From Octopus sinensis (taxonomy: Eukaryota): a DNA stretch of 64,000 bases. Location of the stretch: positions 197,532,001 to 197,596,000 of the forward strand of contig NC_042997.1 in assembly GCF_006345805.1 (NCBI RefSeq), written 5' to 3'. The first letter of the stretch is position 1, and the number at the start of each line of letters is the position of its first letter. The notes below the pieces were generated by a model that was given only the letters and a program-made list of their open reading frames with translations, made no database searches and had not been told where the DNA came from. The translations under genes were made by a program, and so were the position numbers. This document shows, piece after piece, positions 37,270 to 50,368 of this stretch.

Positions 37270-37550
37270 TACACACAAACTCTATTATATATACAGACAC
37301 ATATATATAAAGATAGATAGATAGAGAGATAGATATGCACACACACACACATATAGAAAGTTAGATAGACAGATAGATAGAGAGATAAATATGCATACAC
37401 ACACACACACATATAGAAAGATAGATAGATATGCACACACACATACACATATAGAAAGATAGATAGATAGACAGATAGATATGCACACACATATATAGAA
37501 AGATAGATAGAGAGATAGTTATGCACACACACACACATACACAGACACGC
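37270..37550. repeat. Compound microsatellite (GATA/TA/CA)
   Basis: Interleaved AGAT, AT and AC runs. Confidence 0.9.
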
Positions 37551-38659
37551 ATCATCAAGAGTAACCATTTAGAAATATCAAATCGCTGACATATGAAATA
37601 CAAAGGTCCAGTTGTTTGTAGAGAACAAAGGATGATGAAATTAACTTTACACGTAACACTGCTTAATACATAAACACACTGTTTCATTATTCATTAACTT
37701 TGTGATGAAGGCTTATATAAATCTTTGCATTGTCTTGGCATTTTCATTCTTGTTAGGTTAATATTTATAGAATAATATTTTAAGTGATTTGCTTACAGTA
37801 AATAAACAAGTTATTTAGATTGTTTCAAACATAGTTATGCTTTATAAAAATGCTTCCAGCTGTCCTGTCAGATTGTATATGATTAAATAACAAATGAAGT
37901 TAGTTTCCACTCAGAAATGTGAAAAATAAAGGTTAATTTCTTGTTTTGTATTTAATTAATATCTTCATTAAATAATTAATAAACACTGCCTAAAACTCAA
38001 AGGAGCTGAAGTTAGTTTCCACTCAGAAATGTGAAAAATAAAGGTTAATTTCTTGTTTTGTATTTAATTAGTATCTTCATTAAATAATTACTAAACACTG
38101 CCTAAAACTCAAAGGAGCTGATGTTGGGATTCTACATCCTTCAAAAGTTCCATGCTTCTTAAAATTCACTGACATTACACCTGATGCACCCCCCACTTTT
38201 TTTGTAAAGAACTCATTCATGGTTCACTTCCTATGCATATTCTGTGTACAGTTCATGCATTTTTCTGACAAGTTGTAGTGCATCTGAGCACTGTATAAGC
38301 TAATTATTATATTATTTTAAGCAGAAATAAAATTTGCTTCAGTCAAGAATTAAAGATAAAACTTGCATAAGAAAGTATTTTCTTTCTCTTCTTGTTGTGG
38401 TGAGAGTCATTGACACCCCTGTGGGATTGGAAGAATGGACTAGTCGAACTCTAAAGAGCAGCATATTGGTTGAGATGAGAGAAGTCTCAAGTAATTTTAA
38501 ACACGTCGTCCCTGCTTTGTGAAATCTGCATCTCCAAGAAATACAACAATATAAAACCTCTGAAGTTGGTGTTATATCTATATGAAGGTTTTATCAAATT
38601 CAAGTTTGGGATCTTTAAAATATCAGAAAATCAGCTGCAGTTGCTTAAGAAAATCCAGG

Positions 38660-38803
38660 ATGGTAACCAGCTTGGATGATGTTAAATCCTTACGTTTCTG
38701 GAGGGCAAATGTTGCTGAATTTTTGGGTTCCGCCTTATTAGTCCTTATGGGTTGTGGATCATGTTCTCAGTGGAGCAAAGAGACCACACCTTCTGTGATT
38801 GAG
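38660..38803 (+). CDS. Aquaporin (MIP family, AQP4-like) exon 1
   Basis: MVTSLDDVKSLRFWRANVAEFLGS (TM1 AEF motif); GTAAGC donor. An upstream in-frame ATG at 38582 is an alternative start. Confidence 0.9.
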
Positions 38804-41149
38804 GTAAGCTCTATTTTAACCCATTTGTTACTATATAGTTATTGAAATTTACTGTGTTTCTTTCAGTCTATTTTGAAAATAACAAAGAATTTATTAAAAT
38901 AACTTTGACATTATTAAACTTGTCTCTTGAACATAAATTGACTTGAAATGTTGATGGAAGGACCTAACTTAGATCACTTTAACCCTTTCAATACCAACCC
39001 GACTGAAACTGCTTCTGGTTCTGTAGTACAAATATCTTGTTTTCATAAGTTCTGAATTAAAATCTTCCACAAACCTTAATCATAATTTATGTTCCTAACA
39101 CTAGCTTAATGATAACTAAGTCATTTCATAAATTCTTTGTTATATCTAAAATTAATTGAAAGTAACACAGAGCATCTCAACAGAAATATGGCAACAAAAG
39201 GTTAAAACAGGAAGTTTTTATTATAGTGCTAGGGATAATCTCAGATAATCAAATATCAAAAACTAAAATTCACTAATACAGAAATTTTTGCATAATCAAA
39301 ATTGTGTATGTGTAACATTTGCGCCCCACCTTTTTTTTCTCAAATTTTTTTTGATTCCTATGTTTTCAATATAGAAGATTAGGATTTTGCCCCAGAACCA
39401 CGCTTTCAAAATTTTAATTTTCCCCCTCCCCACCCCAATTTTTAAATTTCTAACTTTTTTCCAAAATTTTTTTTGATTCCTATGTTTTCAATATAGAAGA
39501 TCAGGATTTTACCCCAGAACCACGCTTTCAAAATTTAAATTTTCCTCCTGCCATTCAAATTTTAAACTTTTTCCCAAAATTTTTTTATAATCTTTATAGA
39601 AAAATACAGAGATTATGAATCTTTACGAATCTTTTCTAAAATTTTTCTCAAAGAAACACTCAACTCCCCTCCTCCAATCTCCACCCATCATCTCCCCACC
39701 TCACCCACCCGCCCACCCTCTTCCCGCTTTCAAAAAGCTAAAAACTCTGAATGTTTCACTTTCACCTACTGTTTCAACACATGTGTAGAATTCTACTGAA
39801 ATAGCAGACAGCAAAAATATCTGACCACCACCACCAGAAAATCCGACATACTAGAAACAACAGCTAAAAGAAATTTTTCTGAAAAAAACTTACTCACTTT
39901 CAAAAAAGCAAAAAGTAAAACATTCAGAGTTTTTAGTTTTTTGAAAGTGGGGAGATGATGGGTGGAGATTGGAAGAGGGGAGTTGAGTGTTTCTTTAAGA
40001 AAAATTTTAGAAAAGATTCGTAAAGATTTCTATGGCTGGATGGCCTTCCTAATGCCAGCCACTCCAAGAGTGTAATGAGTGTTTTTACATGCCACTGGTA
40101 TCTGCCATGGCTGTGATGGTCTGGCATGGCAGGAGACAGAGGATTGAGTGGCACAAGCTAGTTGGGCAGGAAGAAGAAGAAAGAAGAATTCTGTTCCTTC
40201 TGCTTCCCCAGCGTGCCCTTTCCTACGACTCCCACATTTATGTGGTGTTAAAAATTTCATTGCACCAACTGCAATCTGATCAAAGATGCAATTCTAATTC
40301 ATGAAATACTTGAAATCAGATCAGTGATCAATTCAGTTAGTGGAGCAAAAATTTTGACAGCAAATAATAAGTGCCGCTAGAGAAGTTAATAGTTTTTGTG
40401 TTTTCTTTTTGAATAGTTTTTGAATAGGCGTAGGAGTGGCTGTGTGGTAAGTTGCTTGGTTACGAACCACATGGTTCCGGGTTCAGTTCCACTGCATGGC
40501 ATCTTCAGCATAGCCTCGAACCGACCAAAGATTTGTGAGTGGATTTGGTAGATGGAAGCTGAAAGGTGGCGGGCCAGCAGAAACGTTATTACGCCGGGCG
40601 AAATGCTTAGTGGTATTTTGTCTGCCGCTACGTTCTGAGTTCAAATTCTGCCGAGGTCAAATTTGCATTTCATCCTTTCGGGGTTGATTAAGTAAGTACC
40701 AGTTATGCACTGGGGTTGATATAATCGACTTAATCTGTTTGTCTGTACCCTCTGTGTAGCCCCTTGTCAGCAGTAAAGAAATAGGAAACTGAAAGAAGCT
40801 CATCATATATATATATATATGTATATGTATGTATGTATGTGTGTGTGTATATGTTTGTGTGTCTGTGTTTGTCCCCTCAACATCGCTTGACAGCTGATGC
40901 TGGTGTGTTTATGTCGGCAAAATAGACTGATAGAATAAGTACTAGGCTTACAAAGAATAAGTCCTGGGGTCGATTTGCTTGACTAAAGATGGTGCTCCAG
41001 CATGGCCACAGCCAAATGACTGAAACAAGTAAAAGAGAGAGTTAAAGTGTAAAGAGAGTTAAATGTGTGTCTTCTACATTGTAATCGTTTTAGTTTCAAC
41101 TGAAGATAAAATCACATTCCTGGCAAGTACATATCTGAAATATATATTC

Positions 41150-41473
41150 GATTTTTATTTTGTTTTGGGATTTGGTTTGCAAGATTCTTTATATGATTTC
41201 GTGTGTTGAAGCATATTCTGTTGTCTGGGGAGAGTCATTTTCTTTTTGTGCCTTATTATGTAACACACTCACTGGTAAAATTTCCACTTTTTTTCTTATT
41301 TTTATTTTCCTAAAACTTTCGTTGCATCTTAAAAGACTATTGAAAAGGTTGCAAGACGCAACGAAAATTTCAGGAAAATAAAAATAAGAATTAAGTGGAA
41401 ATTTTACCGGTGAGTGTGTTACATTATAAGGCACAAAAAGAAAATGACTCTCCCCAGATGTAACAGAATATAT
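41150..41473. mobile_element. Long-TIR MITE (ATATTCTGTTGTGTCTGGGGAGAGTCATT family)
   Basis: Inverted arms of about 115 bp; partial copies at 10735-10960, 16600-16740 and 35085-35165. Confidence 0.78.
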
Positions 41474-41555
41474 ATTCTATGTTCTTTCTAAAAGCAACCA
41501 TAAATGTATTTCCATATGCAGTGATCATACTAAACATATTTTCTTTTTAATCTAG

Positions 41556-41951
41556 GTATCATTTGGTTTCGGCTTCACAATTGTGACTTTGGTGTGGATT
41601 TTTGGACAGACCAGTGGTGCTCATTTCAACCCTTCCGTGACATTGGCTCTGATGATAACTCGTAAGATCAGTTTTGTCCGTGCTGTATTTTACCTGATAT
41701 TTCAATCAGTTGGTGGAATTACAGGTGCTGCTCTTTTACTGTCGGTTCTTCCTAAGAATAAGACAGTAGATTTGTGTCCCACTGTTCTGGCAGAAGATGT
41801 AGGTGTTTTTCAAGGAATGTTAGTCGAGAGCTTCTTGGCTTTCTTCCTTGTGATGACTGTGTATGCCACTTCTGACACAAGACGCACAGACCACAAAGGA
41901 CCATTCCCACTTACGATCGGCATTGTTATAACGGCCTGTATTTTAATGGGA
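41556..41951 (+). CDS. Aquaporin exon 2
   Basis: VSFGFGFTIVTLVWIFGQTSGAHFNPSVT...CILMG; MIP signature SGxHxNP; TAG/GTAAGT; 132 codons. Confidence 0.96.
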
Positions 41952-42205
41952 GTAAGTATATATCATAGTAATAATACTATCACCATTGCAATCAGTAAAA
42001 TAATTTTACTCAAAATTATGTCTTTGTGACCTTGTTCCCATCTAAGTTGGGTTATTTATCATCAGCTAGATGCCCCACTGAGTCTAGATGTTGGCTTACC
42101 AAGACTCCCCCAATTCCCCCTGTCTTATGCTGTATGCATACAATCAGCCAGACTCCTGTTGTTACTCCATTCTTTGATGTCATCAAAATAACCAAATGCT
42201 AATGG

Positions 42206-42239
<34 letters not shown>

Positions 42240-42349
42240 TGTTTTTACCAATAAATTACCTTCCGAATGACGCTTTCTTCACTAAGAGCTTATACGGCTT
42301 TTTTGGATAATCGCCAGACATCGGTTCAGGACTCTAACACACAGAAGAA

Positions 42350-42415
42350 TTTAATATGGACGCCTATTACATAGATTATTCTATGAAAAACATACCAATA
42401 CCATCTGTATCTGTT
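42350..42415 (+). mobile_element. Possible tiny Penelope-like ORF relic
   Basis: FNMDAYYIDYSMKNIPIPS resembles the YSxKNIPIP motif I recall from Penelope-like ORF N-termini; very short. Confidence 0.3.
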
Positions 42416-42794
42416 ACAGATATATATATATATATATAATCCATAATAATAAAGGGTAAAATTAATTAATTAATTAATTAATTAATAATTAAACCAAGTA
42501 GTTCAGTATGTTAAAAGAACCATTATCGGTAAACTTATACATAAAATTTTATAATTATGAGTATAATTATAATAAGGGTTTAGCAAAAATTTACTTCACC
42601 ACATACCGAAATTTAGAAGTAGCAGTTAAAACTAACTATTTCACTACTATAAGTAAATCTCCCAGCTAGCAATACTCAACAACCCACCTGCATGAACCCT
42701 AATTATAATTAAACTCATAATTCTAAAATTTTATTATATATGTATGTATATATATATATATATATATATATCTGTGTATTGAATCTATTTTCAG

Positions 42795-42875
42795 GCAAAA
42801 TTTACTGGAGCTTCAATCAATCCTGTAAGATCCCTTGGGCCAGCTGTTGTTGGAGGAGTTTGGGAACACCATTGG
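42795..42875 (+). CDS. Aquaporin exon 3
   Basis: AKFTGASINPVRSLGPAVVGGVWEHHW; 81-nt exon at the intron positions known from AQP1/AQP4-type genes. Confidence 0.95.
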
Positions 42876-43698
42876 GTCAGTATAGTTACTTTTATGTTAT
42901 TTTATTGGGTGCAGACAAGGGCTACATTGTTAAAAGATTTACTTTACAACTACAGGTATGAGACCAACTTTCCAGGCACCGATGGTTCAGAACCTCTTAT
43001 AACCCACACTAATTTACAGATTAGAACTTCAAATTCCTGCATCTGCTATGCTAGTTGACTTGGTGGTGCTGTTTCACTGTACCGTGGATAGTACAGTTTT
43101 GTGATGTGAAGAAGAAAAAAGACAGAAGCAAAGAGAGAATTGCGGTAGTCTTAACTGTTGGTCCGGAAAAGGGTTGTTCTCAATGTCCATGTACTATGTC
43201 TCAATCTGCAAGATTCACTCAATGTCCATGTGTGCTGTCTGTCTAACGCACCTGCTCTTTGCCTCGACTGCTGCTTGCGCCTCACTGACCCCGCATGCCC
43301 ACCGCAGCCCTTCTGGTGGGACCCATATGCCTCACTTCCAGTCCTCCCCTACAACGCAACTTGGCTCATAACATCACAAGGTTTAATAAATTTGCTTCAT
43401 TTGTACCAATGTACAGGTACCTGTATTTCATTTAACTTAAATAAATTTAATATTAGTTTCATTTAGAAGTGACCACTTCTGGTTTGGAAAAATCAGTGAT
43501 CTGAAGTAGCCTTGGAATAAAAGGTTCTAGAAAAATCAATATTGCACCTGTATATTTTGTTCCTGGTTCAATCAAAAAGGTAAACATGGAGTAAGAGACT
43601 TTGTTGTTTGGAAATAAATATCGACAGTAGCTTTGAAGCGGAAACATTTTAAAGATTTAAAAATTTAATTCTCTCTTTCTTTTTTCTTTTTGGTGCAG

Positions 43699-43920
43699 AT
43701 ATACTGGCTGGGACCCATTTTCGGTGGAATTTTAGGGGGCATTCTTTATGACAATCTGTTTGCTGTGAATGCGTCCCTGATGAAGGCAAGGGCTTGTTTC
43801 ATGACAAGTGATTATAATGGAGAAAGATTTGATCCACAAAGAGTGAAGATCAGGATAATGGAAGAAGAATCCATTTTCAGGGCACCACTTGCAGAACCCG
43901 AAGAATTATACATGTCCTGA
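43699..43920 (+). CDS. Aquaporin exon 4
   Basis: IYWLGPIFGGILGGILYDNLF... to TGA; typical TM6 YWxGP motif. Confidence 0.94.
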   Translation: MYWLGPIFGGILGGILYDNLFAVNASLMKARACFMTSDYNGERFDPQRVKIRIMEEESIFRAPLAEPEELYMS

Positions 43921-43928
43921 CATATGGA

Positions 43929-44520
43929 TTAACCCTTTCGTTACTATATTTCTAAGCAAAACACACCCCTTATGAGTTTCAATTAAATTCTAAAATCACA
44001 AATTTAGACTGGTTTCATTAAACTGTAACTACTTTATTTATTGACATATTAATGTGATTTCTGGAACACAATTGAAGAAAAGGTTCTTAATCAATTCTAT
44101 TGCATAACTTTTGTCTCAAAGTGACTCTAATTACAGGTAAATACAGGTAAACCACAAGCTATCTTTTTCCTCAGTTTGCTTCCGTAGTAATCACTTCAAA
44201 CAAGCTTACATTTGCTTGATTTCTCCATATTTTCTGTTGAAAAGAACTCAAAATCAGAATCACAGCTTAATAGCATGAAACTGTTATCTATTTTAAAAGT
44301 TGAAAAAAAAATCACCAAAGAAAAAATGTGGAAAAAAAATCTCCCAAACTTCGTACAGCTCAGATATCACATCAATGTCAGATACTGTAACTTGACTATT
44401 TACAAAATGAAATCAAGTGTTTTCACATTTAAATATCAATTAGGTTCACTTGGCTGGCTTTGGCTGGGCTGGTCATTTGAGCCAAGATTTTTTCGGTTGG
44501 CTTGGTAACGAAAGGGTTAA
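43929..44520. mobile_element. piggyBac-type MITE (TTAA-CCC...GGG-TTAA)
   Basis: TIR CCCTTTCGTTAC; a related partial copy starts at 25271. Confidence 0.85.
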
Positions 44521-45047
44521 GCACCACAGTTCCACAGTTGTAAGTCATCAACAACATTATATATATATATATATATATATACAAGAGGGTTGACTATCAA
44601 ATGACAGGTAAAGTTTCAAAAATACTTTGTGACATAATATCAAGAAATATGGCTTACATACAAATTTCGTAGTGATTATACAAAATTATGAAGTTAATTC
44701 TAAGTTTCAAAAGAAAATTGTTTATTACCTTAAAATAAAGCTCAATAAAACAAATTTCACATTTGAAAAATTGCCCCAAAACTACTGTTATGTACTTCCT
44801 CCCTTCCTACTTCTCAGTTGTCTCTGATTCTTTCTTTCTTACCATGCATACATGTGTGTGTGTGTCTAGCATTCCTTTAAGCATAGTATGTGCACTCATC
44901 CAGCCCCACTTACATTAACTGTCTCTGTACTTCACTCTATACAATGTAAAGTATAACTGGAGAAATCAACCAACCAACCTTTATATCAGCTATTATCATA
45001 GAGAGATATGTGTATATGTGAGTGTCTATATGTGCACATATATATAT

Positions 45048-45684
45048 ATCATCATCGTTTAACGTCCGCTTTCCATGCTAGCATGGATTGGACGATTTTG
45101 ACTGAGGGCTGGCAAACCAGACGGCTGCACCAGGCTCCAATCTTTATCTGGCAGAGTTTCTACAGCTGGATGCCCTTCCTAACACCAACCACTCCGAGAG
45201 TGTAGTGGGTGCTTTTTACATGCCACTGGCACGGGGGCCAGTCAGGTGGTACTGGCAATGACCTTGCTCAAATCTTTTTACACATGCCACCGGCTCAGGT
45301 GGCAGTAAGGTGATGTTGGTAATGATCATGCCTGAATGGTGCCCTTTTACGTGCCACCGGCACGGAAGCCAGTTGGCTGCTCTGGCAACGATCACGCTCG
45401 GATGGTGCTCTTGGCACCCTACTAGCACGGGCACAAGCGCCAGTAAGGCGATGCTGGTAATGATCACACTCAAATGATGCCTTTTATGTGCCACTGGCAT
45501 GGAAGCTGGTTAGCCGCTCTGTCAACAATCACACTCGTACGGTGCTCTTTGCACCCCGCTAGCATGGATGCCAGTCATCAAATTTGATTTTGATTTGATT
45601 TCACTTGCCTCAACAGGTCTTCGCAAGCAGAGTTTAGTGTCCAAAGAAGGAAAAGGTATGCATAAGTGGGCTGGTTACGCTCCT

Positions 45685-45688
<4 letters not shown>
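45048..45688 (-). mobile_element. RTE 3' end inserted in (TA)n
   Basis: CATCATCGTTTAACGTCCG tail. Other copies lie near 5208, 13660, 23370-23785, 25958, 26875, 29990, 34452, 36305, 45970-46322, 49072, 50985-51175, 55338, 58980 and 61140. Confidence 0.85.
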
Positions 45689-45729
<41 letters not shown>

Positions 45730-46919
45730 GACTATGAAGTTACACTCTCTGTTAGGTGGCACAAGTACTTACACACTCAGTGGTAACTTCTGCCTACTGA
45801 ATTCAATTGCAAAGTTTTGGTCAGCAGAAGACTCTTGCCCAAGTTGCCACACAGTGGGATTGAACCTGAAACCATGTGAGCAGGAAGCAAGCTTCCTAAC
45901 CACACAGCCATGCCCATGCCTTTACACATTCAATCAAAAATCTAAAAGTTATTGTATTTTTAAACAACAATGTTGTGATACCAGTGCCAGTGGCACGTAA
46001 AAGAACTGGCACGTAAAAGAACTGGCACGTAAAAGAACCATCTGAACGTGGCCGTTGCCAGCGCCACCCCAACTGGCCTCCGTGCCGGTGGCACATAAAA
46101 AGCACCAACCAATTGTGGCCGTTGCTAGCCTCACCTGGCACGTAAAAAGCACCCACTACACTCACTGAGTGGTTGGCATTAGGAAGGGCATCCAGCTGTA
46201 GAAACACTGCCAAATCAGACTGGAGCCTGGTGCAGCCTCCTGGCTTCCCAGACCCCAGTCGAACCATCCAGGCCATGCTAGCATGGAAAACGGATGTTAA
46301 ACGATGATGATGATGATGATGAATGTTACATCACAAAATTTAAGAATTCAAAACATAGAACTAGTTTCCTTGAATATATTTTTCTCCACTCACACACAAA
46401 AAAAAATTACAAGGCAGATGGCTAAACGGATGAAGCAATTTATTTAATTAATCTAAGCATGAGAAAATCAAGATGTAGGAATGTAAAATGGTGAAAAATC
46501 CAAAGCAAAATACATCGTTAAGTGTGAAGTAGATAACACTGTTTGCCATGTACTTCAATGAAGAAGAATTTAAAATATTTGCAAAGAAATATTACATAGT
46601 AATTCATAAACTAGTTGATAGTTTTAATTGTTGTATGTGTGTATGCATGTGAGTTTATATCAACATTAATCATCAACTTAAAAATATATTTTTAATTTAT
46701 TAAGAATAACCTGATTGAGTTCATTCATATATGTATCACCTTTCAAAATAGTTGCATTGGGCTGAAAAGCTCTGGCTTTAAATATTCTAAATTTTATGTG
46801 TTCAAAAAATTTTTTTTTTGTACTGTATAAAATTTAAAGCTGTTAGTTTGTATGAGTGCATATGTATATACGTGGTGTATGTGTGTGTAATATTATTCAG
46901 ACCTGATATTGGTAATAAC

Positions 46920-47079
46920 TCATAACTCTAGTGTGGTGGTGCACTGTTTCATAGCATTATATATCAGAGTATTGTTGAAAGGCACGAATTGTCCAGTAAT
47001 TATTTTGATGGCTTCTTGAGACATTACTCCACCCATGTATGCAGCAATAGAATGCAGCTCTGATGCACCGTAGCGGCAC
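46920..47079 (-). CDS. NAE1: NAE1 last exon [17 protein letters not shown]...[12 protein letters not shown]...TTLEL*
   Basis: Matches CRYGAAEPHTIAAFLGG...QEVIKIIT; TGA stop. Confidence 0.96.
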
Positions 47080-47790
47080 CTAAATAATTAGAAAAATAAG
47101 AAACATTATGATTAATAAGAAGAATAAAACTAAACTGAAAGAAAGTAAAAAAAAGGAACATAGCCACACTCTTTTACTCTTTTCAGTCATTTGACTGCGG
47201 CCATGCTGGAGCACCGCCTCTAATCGAGCAAATCGACCCCAGGACTTATTCTTTGGAAGCCTAGTACTTATTCTATCGGTCTCTTTTGTTTAACCGCTAA
47301 GTTACGGGGACGTAAACACACCAGCATCGGTTGTCAAGCGATGTTGCGGGGACAAGCACAGACACACAAACATATACACACACGTATATGTTTTACTTAC
47401 TGTATTAACTCATCTATAAATTGTATATTATTATATAGTTGATTTTAACTGGAAAACTGGTGGGAGGGCAGAGCTAAAAGTATTTTGTATCAAGATTTGA
47501 CCCCAAATTAGGGGTGTGATTTATACATGAGTAAATATAATAATTCTTCATTATCTTAAAAATTAAATGAAACAAAAGCAGTTGATTTCAACAGAAACCA
47601 ATAGAATAAGTATTAGGCTTCCAAAGAATAAATCCTGGGGTCGGTTTGCTCAACTAAAGGCAGTGCTCCAGCATGGCCGCAACCAAATGACTGAAACAAG
47701 TAAAAGATTTGACTTCTCCACTGTAGAACATGCAACCATTTGTTATTTGATGGAATCGTTTTGACAGGTAAAAATAATTGATTGACTTAC

Positions 47791-47864
47791 ATTTCGTGAA
47801 TATAATCATCTTTGATCAAAGTAGATGAGAGGCCTAATTCCATGAGGAGCTTGCTAACGTGTGT
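47791..47864 (-). CDS. NAE1: NAE1 exon THVSKLLMELGLSSTLIKDDYIHE
   Basis: Matches VKDDYVHEF; phase 2. Confidence 0.93.
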
Positions 47865-48491
47865 CTGGAACAAAATTAAATAAAAAAAAACGTAAGTTAG
47901 AATAATAATAAATGTTTCTAATTCTGGGACAAAATCAGCAATTTTGGAGAGAAGCGGTTTAGTAGACAGCATTGAACCCCAGTACTTGACTGGTACCTTA
48001 TTTTATGAACCTCAGAGGGAAGAAGGGTAAAGTTGACCTCTGTGGGATTTTAATGTAAAATGTAAAGAACTGGAAAAAATATTGCAAGGCATTTTATTTG
48101 ATGCTCAAACAATTCTAACAATTTATCTGCCCTTGATCTTGTAGTGAGGGATTTGAAATGGAACCCTGGGATATGCAATCGGACATCATGAGCAAAACAC
48201 AATTGTTTCAGGCAATCGGTCTGTTTGGTAATCAATCAGCATAAAGTCATTGTGTGAGTCATTGACTGAGTAAACTAATGATAAAAAACATTCCAGCTGT
48301 GTCCATCCGATCTTTTGTAGTCATATGGCACAGGAGTGGCTGTGTGGTAAGTAGCTTGCTAACCAACCACATGGTTCTAGGTTCAGTCCCACTGTGTGGC
48401 ATCTTGGGCAAGTGTCTTCTGCTATAGCCCCGGGCCGACCAATGCCTTGTGAGTGGATTTGGTAGACAGAAACTGAAAGAAGCCCGTCGTA

Positions 48492-48579
<88 letters not shown>

Positions 48580-49751
48580 TTGTGTGTCTGTATTTGTCCC
48601 CCTAGCATTGTTTGACAACCGATGCTGGTGTGTTTACGTGCCCGTCACTTAGCGGTTCGGCAAAAGAGACCGATAGAATAAGTACTAGGCTTACAAAGAA
48701 TAAGTCCCGGGGTCGATTTGCTCGACTAAAGGCGGTGCTCCAGCATAACCACAGTTACGTGACTGAAACAAGTAAAAGAGTAAAAGAGAGTATATGGTGT
48801 CACTTGCTTCCAGTTCTGTGCATAAGACATGTCCAGGTTGTTTGTTATTCGATAGACCGGGAGACCATTACCTTGCTTGGAAACAAGTGGGGATTAGTGT
48901 TAGGAACATGGCATCTGGCTGTCAAAAGCTCTGCCCCAACATACTCTTGTATAAGACCCATGCAAGACTGGAGAAGCAGATATTAACCCTTTTGTTACTG
49001 TATTTATTTTGTGATGCTCTGTGTTTCTTTCAATTACTTTAAATATTACAAAGAATTTAGTAAAATAACTTCATCATCATCGTTTAACGCCCGCTTTCCA
49101 TGCTAGCATGGGTTGGACGATTTGACTGAGGACAGGTGAACTAGATGGTTGCACCAGGCTCCAATCTTGATCTGGCAGAGTTTCTACAGCTGGATGCTCT
49201 TCCTAACGCCAATCACTCCGAGAATGTAGTGGGTGCTTTTATGTGCCACCGGCACGAGGGCCAGTCAGGCGGTACTGGCAACGGCCACGCTGAAATGGTG
49301 TTTTTTTACGTGCCACCTGCGAAGGAGCCAGTCCAGCAGCACTGGCAACAACCTCTAGTTATCATTAAGCTAGTGTTAGGAGCATTAATTGTGACCAAGG
49401 TTTGGTGGAAGATTTTAATTCAAAACTTATGAAAACAAGACATTTGTACTGAGAGCCAGAGCTGGCTCCAACCAGGTTGGTAGCGAAAGAGTTAAACAAT
49501 GAGGAAGTTGATGATAATGATGATGATGTGTCTCTTTGTTTTTAAAGATGATAAAGTCTGAATTGATGGAATTTGACTTGTATTTCTTGCAGATCCCTTG
49601 AACATGAAGTGGATCCCACACTGGGATGACTTTAACAATAAGAAAGGAAGGAGATGATAATAAATGTGAGAAAGTTGTAAAGGCTGAAATTAAATACAGA
49701 ATATGATTAACAAGTGAAAAGTGACTAATTAATTAATATAGCAAATATTAC

Positions 49752-49891
49752 CTTTAATTTAAAAACGTCCCCTTCTACTTGATCATCATACCAGCCTGGG
49801 TAGCGGCTGTACTCTTCAAAGAAACGTTCGGCAGCTCGCAGCATGAGATAAAACACGATATCACTGTCTTCTTCATCTCCAAGCTGGAGTC
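49752..49891 (-). CDS. NAE1: NAE1 exon LQLGDEEDSDIVFYLMLRAAERF...DVFKLK
   Basis: Matches EIVLYLMLRAVDRF...RYPG...DIGKLK. Confidence 0.95.
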
Positions 49892-50029
49892 CTGGAAATA
49901 CATACAAATGTCAGGGGCAAAGTCATTATAAATATCAACCCTCCTTGTTAATTTAATCTCAAATCTCAGTGCAAAACTTTTGTTATCGCATGTGGCAGCA
50001 CACCCAATACAAGAACAACCATATGCCAC

Positions 50030-50323
50030 GTCGCCATGATAGATCGTTAGCCACTACACACATTTTTTTCTCTCCTTATTTTTTCTGTGTCCTTTTCTGT
50101 AGAAGAGCGTAAGCTCGAAACATAAAAGACTTTTTCTATTCCTGAGCGTTATACTAATACATCTGTTTGTTTTGTACACCACCTGTCTTCGGCTTTTGTA
50201 TTTTTTTTGTAAACTCTCCCTATATATATATATCATCATCATCGTTTAACGTGCACTTTTCATGCTAGCATGGGTTGGACGATTTTGATTGAGGGCTGGC
50301 GAACCAGATGGTTGCACCAGGCT

Positions 50324-50368
<45 letters not shown>

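Noticed and set aside
37197-37687. ORFs of 67-123 aa
   Set aside because: Translations of microsatellites.
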